This document shows, piece by piece, positions 18,301 to 30,300 of a DNA stretch of 37,996 nt. The number at the start of each line of letters is the position of its first letter. The stretch's first letter is position 1. A program made the translations under genes and the position numbers. This DNA is from Candidatus Hadarchaeota archaeon (GTDB lineage: Archaea; Hadarchaeota; Hadarchaeia; Hadarchaeales; JAWBSP01). The stretch spans positions 1 to 37,996 of the forward strand of contig CAYYWO010000010.1 of assembly GCA_964474885.1 (NCBI GenBank), read 5' to 3'. The notes beneath the pieces are model-generated. The model was not told the origin of the DNA. It did not search any database and worked only from the letters and a program-made list of their open reading frames with translations.

Positions 18301-21300
18301 GGTCATTTTCGTCCCGGGGACGGCGAGGAAGGCGGAGGGCGGCAGATCCACCTGGACTAGGTTCTCGATGACTGAGTACGGTTCTAGCTTAGTTGTGTCG
18401 AAGTTAGTGAACTTGATCCAAACCCAGGCGTTCTCTCTGTTCCTGAATTGCAGAACTAGGTCAAACACTCCAGCGAAGACACTCTTTTCGTAGTAACCCT
18501 CCCCATCCGTAACGATCCGGAAGACCTCCTTTCCAGCTTCGTAGAAGATGAAAGAGGCATTTTCGATCGGATAACCGTCGACGGTGGCAAGCCTTCCTTT
18601 GATGGTTATGGGGGTACCCGCTATCATGGTCATCGAGTTCTCGCCCCTGATGCCCTCTGGGTTGACTATCCGAACCTCCACGTTGTACAGCCCGCGCTTC
18701 GGGAAAGTGTAGATTATCTGGTAATTGCCATCTAGCTGGGTCAGGTTTTCAGCTTTCTTCTCCCCCTCGACGAAGAACTCGACCTTCGTGCCAGATACAG
18801 GCATGTTGTCGGGTAGGAGGATGGCTTTACCCGAGAAGGTGAAGGGCTTGTTCTCAGGGGCGACATTCCCCTCCGGGATCAGGGAGATGTGGATGGTCTT
18901 CACGGAGAGCGAGGCGGAGTTCTCTTGGCAGAGGCCGTGGCTCTCGGTCATCTGCACTGTCACCACGTAGTCGCCGATCTCACTCGGGGCGGTCAGGGGC
19001 TTGGAGTAGAACCCGTTCTCGTCGGTCTGGATCACACACGACTCGTTCTCGAGTGTCAGCTGCACCTCCTCCCCACCCACGGGCTCTCTGTCGGGCAGGA
19101 GTTTGGCCCAGCCGTAGACAGTGAAGTTGTCTCCCGGGTTGACGATGTTGTCGTCCAGATATATGGAGAGCTCTACAGCCCTCACCTTGAGCGGCACGGA
19201 GCCGACGCCCGATCCGCTTATACCGTTGGCCGAGGTACCCATCACCTCCACCGGGTACGAGTAGTCTCCCAGCTCTAGGGGGGCCTGAGAAGCCGTCGGG
19301 TACCTCCACCAAGCATCCCTGACGTAGATTAACGGGTATGTGTCACCCTGGAAGGTCATGCGGAGCGGATCCTCGGTCACGGTCTTGGTCACCGGTATGA
19401 GCTCCTCCCCGTTATTCTCGAAGATCTGCACGCTTGGGTAGAAGTTCTCGCCTGGGTTGACGATCCCGTCGAACTGGTTGTGGAAGTCCAGCGGCATGAA
19501 CTGCAGGAGGACGAGCTCCCTCGCCTCGACGTATCCAACGTTCTCCCCTGTTATGCCTTCTGGATCCACCAAGCTCGCACTTATGCTGAACTTGCGCGGG
19601 GAGGTCGAGTCAAAGGTGTACAGGTACGAGTAACATCCGTTCTCGTCCGTTGTGACGGTCTCCAGCGGTGCGCCCTCCTCTTTCAGCTGGACCTCCTCGT
19701 TGGGCACGGGTACGTTGTCTGGCAGGAGGATCGCCCTGCCGTAGATCGTGAAGTCCTGGGTCAGCATGACGATGTTGTCGTCGAACAGCAGGGACAACCA
19801 CACGGTCTTGACGTAAAGGTCCACCTGGGTAGCCGCCGAGTAAATGCCCTTGTACTTGGAGATGCTGACCACCACTCTGTAGTCACCGATCTTGGAGGGA
19901 CTGGTGAAGGGTACCGAGTAGTAGCCGTCCTCATCCGTCCTGCCGCCGGCGACGGAGACCGTGTTCCCCTCGTTGTCCAGCACGAGCAGGCTGACGTCAA
20001 AGTTTTCCACAGGCTCCACATTCTCCGGGCTGCACAGGAGGATCCTCCCGTAAGCCCTATTGCGCTGGCCTGGGTTCACTATGTTGTCGTCCAGGTTCAC
20101 CTCCAAGTCCACGTACTTCACCGTCAGCTTTTGCTGGTTCTCGCCCTTTATGTATTCCTCAGGCTCCAGGATGGTGGCCCTGTAGGTGTAGGTGCCTGCG
20201 CTCGAGGGCGTGTAGAAGTAGATGCTGTAGCAGCCGTCCCAGTCGGTCTCCGCAACGCCCAGTAGGTTCTCCTCGCAGTACAGCTTGACGTTTTCCAGAG
20301 CCACCGGTTCGTTGTCCGGCACCAGCATGGCCTTCCCTGAGGCCATGAGCCTCTCCGACTTGTTGGCCTCGGTCCTCGGGTTCCCTGAGGGATCTGTTAT
20401 GTTGAGCGAGATCAGGATGGCCTTGATCATGAAATCTACGCTGTCGCTTCCTCTGATCCCATCTGCGTTCACGGCGGTTACTTGCAGGGTGTGGGAGCCC
20501 ACCTCGTCCAGGGTGTAGCTCAGGGTGTAGGACCAGGAGTACTGTCCATCGGTAGAGGAGGAGCTGCCCACGAGCTCCCCGTCTAGGTAGAAGTACAGGG
20601 TTGCGTTCTCAGGCACCCCCTCGGGCTGCAGAGTGACCCTGCCGCTCGCGGTTATCTTCTGGTCGATGTTCACTACCAAATCGTCTAGGCTAACCGTGAC
20701 ATCCAGCCTCCTTATGATAACGGTTGTGGAGTTCTCCTCCGTGACACCCTCCGGGTCCGTTACTTCCACCCTCACTACGTGCTCACCCAGGACAGAGGAA
20801 GCGTAGGTGGTCGAGTACCTCCCCTCACTGTCCGTGCTGGGGGTCCTCACGAGGCTCCCGTCGAAGTAAACCCTGACTTGGACACCCGAGATGCTGAGGT
20901 TGTCCGGCTGCCAGCTCACCCTGCCGTAAATGGTGAAGCTCTCCCTTGGGTTCACGATGTTGTCCGAGAGGGAGAGGGAGATGGTCAGATCCAGCACGCG
21001 GAACTTGAAGACGGGGCCCCAGTCTCCCGCATTTCCTGCCCGGTCCACCGCCCTCACCCTCCAGTAGTAGGTGCCGATGGGCAGGGAGTTCTCGGCGGGC
21101 AGGGTGAAGCTGTTCTCCCGCACGTTGTCGAAGGTGATGGGACCGGAGAAGTCAGGCGACTCGTCGATCTGGAGCACGTAGTGGTCCACCCCGCTCACCT
21201 CGGTTGTTGCGTCGGTGTTGTCCACCACGTTCTCCCACTCGAAGTACGGGGTGTTATCGGAGGTTATCTTCCCGTTCTCCGGCAGGTACAGGGAGGGGGT

Positions 21301-24300
21301 GAGCGGCTTGACCCTGTCAATCACGAGCTCGTAGACCTCCGACCACTCCCCGGGCTCGGTTGGCGCAGCTCTGTCGTAGGCCCTGACCCTCCAGTAGTAC
21401 CTCCCGTCCCATGGGTAGAACACGGTCACCTGGGCCTCCTTGAGGTTGTCGGGTGTGGAGGGGGAGAAGTACTCTGCCCCGAGCAGGGAGGTGAAGCCCG
21501 GATCGGTAGCTACCTGGATCTCGTAGTGGTCGATGCCGGATGCATCTTTGACGTTCTCCCATACGTGAGTGACGACCACGTAGTCTCCTTGCACGTTGTT
21601 CTCGGCCGCATCGTTTTCGGGCTGGTACAGCGCAGGGCCGTAGGGCCTCGTCAGGTCCACTACGAAGTTCCAGACGGTTGCCGACTCCCAGTCCACGGTG
21701 TTCCCAGCAACGTCCCAGGCCCTCACCCTGAAGTAGTAGTTGTCCTCCTCGAAACCGGCAGACGGGTAGCCTGAATCACCGAGCCCCCAGTAGTTGTCGG
21801 TGCTCGTGCCGCTGTAATCGATGGAGGAGAAGTCCGGGTCGTTGTCCACCTGGATCTCATAGTAGTCCACCCCCGATACCTCCCCCGTCGCCGAGCCCGA
21901 GCGGTCGGGCACGGAATTCCAGGACAGAGTGAGGGTGGCTGTCCCGTAAATGTGTCCGTGCTGCGGGGAGTTCTCGGGCACCTCCGGTGGCACGGTGTCG
22001 ATCAGTAGCGTCCAGACTTGGGAGAATGGACCGGCCTTCGGCGTCCCTCCTAGGACGCCGTCCCATGCCCTCACGCGCCAGTGGTAGTTCTCATCACCCA
22101 GCCCCATGAGCGGTACCCTGTAGTTCTCGCTGAGGTTCTCCAGAATCTCCGGGGAGCTGAAGTCCGCATCATTGTCCACCCATAGCTCGTACTTCACCCC
22201 CGTCACGTCATAAACGCTCGTCCACTCGAACCTGGGTGTGTTGTCGTTGGTTATGGTCTCATCGCTTGGGGAGACGAGCGAGGGTGCGGGTGGCGGATTG
22301 TTGTCCACGATGAAGCTCCAGACGTTCTCGAAGTCGCTCGCATTCCCTGCGACGTCCCAGGCCCTAACCTTCCAGTAGTACACGTTGTCCGGGAGAGTTG
22401 TCGTGTAGGAGGAAGTGGTGACGTCCACGTGGACGACTAGGTTGGTGAAACCCTCATCGGTGGAGACAAAGAGCTCGTAGTGGTCCAGGCCGGAGACGTC
22501 CCCGGAGGGAGACCTGGATCGGTCCACAACGTCTCCCCAAGCGAACGTGACCTCGGAGGAATTGAGCACGGATCCGTTCTCCGGCATGATCATGGGTGGG
22601 ACGTCCGGCGGGAGGGTGTCCAGGAGGACATTCCACACCTCGGACCAGTCGCTCCAGTTCCCTGCATTGTCTCTGACCTTGACATGCCAGTACCTGCACT
22701 CATCCTGCGGTTCGCCGTCTGCGTAGAAGAAGAACGTCCGCTCGGACACATCCACCGTAGCGGAGATGTGGTAGTCCGATGAGGGGTCAAAGGCGGGCGA
22801 GTTGTCTATCTCGATGATGTAGGCTCCGGAGCTCGGGATGCCCCACTCATCTGTTGCGTCGGCCCAGTCGAACCTGATCTTACCCGTCGAGTCATTTGTC
22901 ACGGCTTGGTTCTCGGGGGAGAGGAGAGCCGGTGGGTCAGGTGGCGTCAGGTCCACCACGACCGTCCAAGCATCCTCCACGTCGCTTGCATTGCCCGCCC
23001 AATCCCATGCCCTAACGGTCCACCTCCACTCTCCCTCCGGGACATCTGCATCGTAGGTAGTTCCGGCCACGTTGTCGGAGATGACATATCCGGTAGTTAC
23101 ATTCTCGATCCTTATCTCGTAGCACTTCACACCCGCGTTCTCACCTGTGGGCGAGTTGGAGGAGTCAGTGGAGGCGTTCCAGGAGAAGGTCAGGCTGGAG
23201 GAGTTCGTCACCACCCTGTTGTCGGGGTCATCCACCCCCGTGTCCGGTACCACGGTAGCCTTCAGCGGGACGGTTGGAGGAACGGTGTCGATGAGCACCG
23301 TGAAGACATCCGACCAGGCGCTCGCATTCCCTGCAACGTCCCAAGCCCTTACGCGCCAGTGGTAGTTCTCATCGGACAGTTCGACTACCCGGCTGGTTGA
23401 GTCCAAGTTCTCTTGGAGCACGGGGGAGCTGAAGTCAGCATCGTTGTCTACCCAGAGCTCGTAGCACTTGACGCCAGAGTTCTCCAGAGTGGGCGACCAA
23501 GACCTGTCCACGACCTCGGACCAGCTGAACTCAGGCGTGTTATCGTTCGTTTTCGTTCCATCGGCAGGCGACTTCAGGGTGGGGACATCCGGTGGTCTTG
23601 TATCGACCAGCAGGGTCCTCGTCTCGGAAGTGCTGTAGTTGCCCGCATTGTCCCAGACCCTAACCCTCCAGCTCCAGTTCTCATCGGGGAGTTCAACCGT
23701 TACTTGGTTGTCTGTGTAGTTCTCCAGCCAGAAGGGAGAGCTGAAATCGTTGTCATTGTCGATCCACAGCTCGTACGCCACCACCCCTGCCTTTTCGCCT
23801 GTGGGCGAGTTCGACAGGTCTTGCACGAAGCTCCAGCTGAAGGTCTGCAAGTTGTCGTTGGTTATGAGACCATCTTCGGGTGTTCCCAAGCTCGTCACTT
23901 CCGGAGCGACAGTATCCAGCAGGAAGTTGAAGGTGACGGAGTTTTCGCTAACGTTCCCGGCGGCATCCTTCGCCTTTACCCTCCAGTAGTACCTCTCATC
24001 GCTCAGCGTCACCACCTTGTAGTTGACGGTGGTCAGGTAGGAGGAGGCCGAGCTGAAGTCAGGGTCGTTGTCGATGTAGAGCGTGTATGAGTCGATGCCT
24101 GAGAGGTCCTCGGGCTCCGTCCAGCGGAAGGTAACCTCAGCCGTGTTGATCATGTCCGAGTTTTCGGGCAGGAGGGGTGTGGGCGGAGCCGGAGGCGTGG
24201 TGTCCACGATGAACCACCAGGTGCTGGACCAGGCCCCGGCGTTCCCTGCCCAGTCCCAGGCCCTGACCCTGTAGTACCATTTGGCATCCGGGAACCCTGT

Positions 24301-27300
24301 TTCGGGATAGTTCTCATCCACGCCGGACTCAAAGGCAGTATCCGGGCTGAACTGGATGACGAAGGGCGAGCTGAAGTCTGAGTCGTTGTCTATCCAGAGC
24401 TCGTATACCTTCACCCCGGAGGCCTCACCCGTGGGTGAGTAGGAGCTGTCGGTGGTCGAGTCCCAATTCAAGGTAGGATTGACTTGATTGGTGATCAGGC
24501 CATGGGTGGCGGAGCTGGCGGGTGTTCCAGGTGGCTTCGTGTCGATCATCAGCACGAAGAGCTCGGACCACTCGCCCCAGTGGCCCAGGACATCCCTCGC
24601 TCTGACCCTCCAGTAGTAGTTCTCATCGGAAAGCTGGGTACCCAGCTCGTGCACGTTCTCGGATGAGAAGTTCTCGTACTCGGGGGAGCTGAAGTCCGCA
24701 TCATTATCCACCCACACCTCATAGAGATCCACTCCGGCTAGGTCATAGGGCGTCTGCCACTTGAGCAAGGGTGTGTTGTCATTCGTGGAACTCAGGTTCT
24801 CCGGCTCCAGCAGGACCGGTGGTTCTGGCGGTGTGGTGTCCACGATGAACCACCAGGAGGCCTCAAAGTCCCCAGCGTTCCCTGCCCAGTCCCAGGCCCT
24901 GACCCTCCAGTAGTACTTCTCATCCGAGAAGATCGTGCTCCAGCTGTTGTCCGGGTGCGTTATGTTCTCTAGGTTCTCGGGGGAGCTGAAGTCGGGGTCG
25001 TTGTCTACCCAAATCTCGTAGCATTTTACTCCTGCAGCTTCTCCAGTGGGTGAGTCCGAAGTATCAGAGGCATGGTACCACTCAAATCTTATCTGTGTAT
25101 TGTCTGTCACGTGTTCATTGGGAGGAGCGTACTTGGAGGGTACTGAGGGTGCGACGGTGTCCCTCAGGAAGGAGAAGACACCTGACCAGTCGCTTTCGTT
25201 TCCTGCTTTGTCGATCGCTCTCACCCTCCAGAAGTAGTTCTCATCCGATCCTATCTTCAGCAGGATTTCCGAGGAGCTCGGGAACTCCTCTATCTCGGGC
25301 GTGCTGAAGTCTGGGTCGTTATCGACCTGGATGTGGTAGTGGTCGACACCCGAGTAATCGTCGGTGGAGTCCGTCCAGTCAAACTTGATGTACGTCAAAT
25401 TGGTCTTCGCTCCATTCTCCGGCGAAACTGGTTGTGGTGTAGAAGGACCTTCGATGTCGATGATGAAGGTCCAAGGCTCCTCGTTCTCGCTGACATTCCC
25501 TGCCTCATCCCAAGCCCTGACGATCCACTTGTAGATGCCGGGATCGAGTGTGATGGTCTTGATCGTGTCCGTGATGGTATTATCGTAGTGTGAGTAGGGT
25601 GGCACGAACCCGTCATTGTCGACTATGAGCTCATAATGTGCGACTCCGGCGTTTTCACCCGTCGGTGAGTATGAGTTGTCGTAAGAGGTTCCCCAGTCTA
25701 GTGTTACACTCAAGTTTGTTGTTATGTATCCATCGGACGGACCTACCTTTGGTGGTACGCTGGGCGACATGGTGTCCACCAGGAAGCTCCAGATCTGAGA
25801 CCAGTCGCTTACGTTCCCCGCATTGTCCCAGACCCTGACCTTGTAGGAGTAGTTTTCGTCCCCGAGCTCAAAGTCGAAAGTATAGGAATTCTCGGTGAAA
25901 TTCTCCTGAAGCACAGGTGAGCCGAAGTCGGGATCGTTATCCACCCAAAGCTCGTAGTACTTCACGCCGGAGGCCTCACCGGTTGGCGAGTTCGAGTAGT
26001 CCGGAACAGATGACCAGGTCAAGGTTGGTGTATTGTCGTTGGTCTTCATTCCATCCTGCGGGGAGCTGGGCGGGATGGCTGGTGGAACTGTATCGATCAG
26101 TAGCCTCCTGACCTCTGAGTCCGCCCAGTTATAAACCTCGTCCCAAGTTCTGACTTTCCAGTAGTAATATTCATCCGGTAGCTGCAGGGTCTTGGAGGTG
26201 GAGGTGAGGTTCTCCTGCCAGTAGGGTGAGCTGAAGTCAGCATCATTGTCAATCCAAAGTTCATAGCAGAGTAGTCCGGCATTCTCTCCAGTCAGCGATT
26301 CTGAGACGTCCTGGACCTCCTCCCAGCTGAAGGTAATGGTGTTCTCGCAGGTCTCCAGCTGGTCTGCGGGCGAGATCAGGGTAGTTGCGGGGACCGTGGT
26401 GTCAACCAGCAGGGTCCAGACCTCGGAGGATGCAGGGTGCCCGTAGACCCAGATCCTCACCTTCCAGTGCCAGTTCTCGTCGGGCAATTCGACAGTGGCT
26501 TGGTTTTCGGTGTAGTTCTCAAGCCAGTAGGGAGAGCTGAAGTCCGCGTCGTTGTCGATCCAGAGCTCATAGTTGTCGGTCAGTGGCCTGCTCGTCCACT
26601 CGAAGACCACAACATTGTCGTTCGTCCTCGTTCCATCTGCCGGTGAGATCAATTCGGGCGGAGCGGGTGTTTGGGCTCCGCATGTCCAAGCTTCAACCCG
26701 CATCCAAGCCACAGGTGTGTTAACAGATGCTGCCCACTCCTCGTTCTTCAGCCACTCAGCCACGGTAAGCACATGAGCTCCCCAACTTTCCAGCAAGAGC
26801 CATCTTGCTCCAAACACGAGGGTCCCGTCGAAAGTTTCAAGGGATCTCCATTGAGCTTTAGTTTCCACGGCCTCACTCCATGACTCGAGCTGCCTCCACT
26901 TCCCAATGATGTACAGCCGGGCAACCGACCATTCCCCGATGTTCCCTGCCGTATCCCTCGCCCTGACCCTCCAGTAGTAGTGGTCGGCTTTGGGCAGGGT
27001 TACCGTGTGGTAGTTCTCCAGGATGTTGTCGTTATCGTACTCCGGGGAGCTGAAGTCCTCATCGTTGTCTATCTGGAGCTGGTAGATGACCCCAGAGTTG
27101 TCGACAACCGAGCACCAGCGGAAAGTAACGGTCAGGTTGTCCGAGCATGAGGCATTTTCGGGCGACAGGAGCTGGACCTGTGCTGGAGGCACGGTGTCCA
27201 CCCTGAACCAGAAGGTTTCAGAATTGTCCCCTATGTTACCGGCGTTGTCCTTGGCGCAGACCCTCCAGTAGTACACGTTGTCGGGCAGGGCTGGTGTCAC

Positions 27301-30300
27301 CTCCCACCAGTTCTCAGCCCTCCAGCCGTTCTCCCTCACCACATTGGTGAAGTCGGGATCTGTTGCTACCCAGACGTAGAACAGGACTGGCTGGGACACA
27401 TCCCAGACGTTCTCCCAGCTCAGGAGTGGCGTCGTATCGTTCGTGTTCTCTCTATTCTCGGGCTGGTAGAGCTGGGGCGGGGCTGGCGGCTGAGTCTCCA
27501 CCCTGAACCACCAGGTGGCAGTCTCGAACACGTTCCCAGCGTTGTCTTTAGCGAGGACCCTCCACTCGTAGTCGTTGTCGGGTAGGGATGGTGTTACGAC
27601 CCAGTTGTCGTCCGTTATCCATCCCGAGTCCCTGTAGTTCTCCGTCACGCCCTTCCTGTTTATCAACACCCGGTAGAGGACGGGCAAGCTGTTGTCGACC
27701 GCTGGGTTCCAGTCCAGATTCGGCTGAGCTCCAACTCCAGCAATCCTCCCGTTTTCCGGCCAGATCAGGAAGACATTTTCGGGTGGTAGAGTGTCCACCC
27801 TGAATTTCCTCACCTCCGAGTTCTCCCCTATGTTACCGGCGTTGTCCTTGGCGCAGACCCTCCAGTAGTACACGTTGTCGGGCAGGGCTGGTGTCACCTC
27901 CCAAGCATTCTCGGAGATCCAGCCGGAGTCCCTCACTATGTTCTCAAACAGGTTGTCAGTCGCCACCCACACCCTGTAAACCACGGGTGGTGATACCTCA
28001 GGGGTCCCCCCTACCTGCGTGCTCACCTCCTCCCAGCGCAGGAGGGTGGTGTTGTCGTTCACGTTCTCCCCATCGATGGGTGAGATTAGCACGGGTGGGA
28101 GCGGGGGCTTGGTGTCCACCCTGAACCAGATGTACCCCGTGTTCTCCCCGACATTTCCGGCATCGTCGCGCGGCACGACCAGCCAGTAGTACTCACCATC
28201 GCTGAGCTCGATCGGGCACTGCCAGTTTTCAGATTCAATCCAGTCAGTGGTTTGTGTCAGCAGGGTGTAGTCCTCGTCGTACACGTACACCTTATAGGTA
28301 AGCGGGAGGGAGTTCTCAGGCGGGGCCTCCCACTGGAACAGGGGCGTATTGTCGTTTATCTTAGCCGTAGGCCAGATGGGGGTGGGTGCACTGGGAGGCA
28401 CCGTGTCCACCCTGAACCTCCAAACCTCTGAATTCTCACCAATGTGCCCCAGCTCGTCCTTCCCGCACACCTTCCAGTAGTACAGGTTGTCCGGCAGGGC
28501 GGGAGTGGCCTCCCACGAGGTTGAGGACAGCCAGTCGGACTCCCTCACGACGTTCTCGAAGAGGTTGTCCGTTGAGATGAAGACCTTGTAAACGACATCC
28601 GTCAGGTCCTCGGACGGGTTCCAGGATAGGACTGGCGTGTTGTCGTTCAGGTTGTCCATATCCGGTGGGGAGGAGAGTGTTGGTGGGGTCGGCGGCGTGG
28701 TATCCACGATGAAGTACCTGACCTCGGACCACGGACCTACGTTCCCCGCATTGTCCTTCGCCCTGACCCTCCAGTACCAGACCCCATCTGCCAGGGCGGG
28801 GGTTACCTCCCACTGGTTGTCTAGGATCCACCCGGAATTCTCGTTCTCGTAGGGGAAGTTCTCGTTGTCGCTTATGGCGACATAATAGGCTACGGGCAGC
28901 GCCTCCTCTGGGTAACCATCAGTTTGGGTGGTCACATTCTCCCACTGCAAGAGCGGCGTGTTGTCTGCCGTCTTCAGCCCGTTCTCGGTGAGCAGGACAG
29001 GGGCGGCTGGGGGTGTTACGTCTATTCTGAACCATCGGATCTCAGACCACGGACCTACGTTCCCGGCGTTGTCCTTTGCCCTTACCCTCCAGTACAACAC
29101 TCTGCCTCTGGTGAAGGTTATGCTCACCCCGGTGTTGTCGATCCAGCCTGAGGAGTAGTTCTCGTACGGGAACTCTTTATTGTCGCTTATCGAGAGGTAG
29201 TAAAGGACCGGCAGGGAGTTCTCGGTCACGGAGCTCCACTCGAAGTGCACAGTGTTCTCGTAGGTTGCCCAGCCGTTCTCGGGGGAAACTAGGGATGGGG
29301 CCGCAGGCGGAAGGGTGTCGACCCTGAACTTCCAGAGGTCACTGTAGACACTCGCGTTACCCGCATTGTCTAGGGCCTTGATCTTCCAGTAGTAAATTCC
29401 GTCCGCCAGCTCCACGGTGCACTCCCACCAGTTCTCCCCCACGACGATGGTATCCGCCACCAGGTTTAGGTCCTTGTCGTAGACCTTCACGTAGTAGCTC
29501 ACGGGTATAGAGTTCTCCGGTACGTTCTCCCAAGTGAACAGGGGCGTGTTGTCCCTGACGTTCTCCCCGTTGTACGGGTGATATCTGTCGGGCACTTTGG
29601 GCGGGGTGTTGTCGTACGCGAAGTACCTGTTCTCAGACCATGCCCCCCAGATGCCCTCCACGTAGGCTCTGACCCTCCACCAGTACTTGGAGTCGATAGC
29701 GGGCGGCTCGAAAACGTACTGGTTCTCCAGCACCCCCGAGTTGTCCACGATGGGGGAGCTGAAGTCGTTGTCGTTGTCGATTTGCACCCAGTAGTTCTCG
29801 GCAAGCCTGACGGACTCCCAGGTCAGGGTGATCGGTGGAGTATTGAAGCCTTCTCCATTCTTTGGTGAGATGAGCAGGGGCGGCGGCACGGGGGCGCTCA
29901 CGTTGTCCGTCCACCCCTCTACTAGCCTCCACGCCACGAAGGCCTTACCTCCGCAGCTCCACGTTTCTACCCGTAGCCATCCGCTCAGGGGGCCTTTCAG
30001 GCCGGCGCCCCAGCTCTCGACCGCCACCCACCTGCCTATGTAGAACTTCCAGTTCTCCGACCAGTCCCCGGCATGCCCCACCGCATCCACGGCCCTCACC
30101 CTCCAGAAGAAGAGCCCGTAGCCCGTAGCCTGCCAGTGGTAGACGTTTTCGGCAGTGGTGTCCTCGTGCAGAATTTCGGTGAAGTCTTGGTTCGCCGAGA
30201 TCTGTATCACGTAGTGGTCCACACCCGAGCTCCAGAGATCGTTCGGGTTGTCGTAGTCATCGTAGGCCCTCACCCACTCGAACCTGACGCTCAGGTTGTC

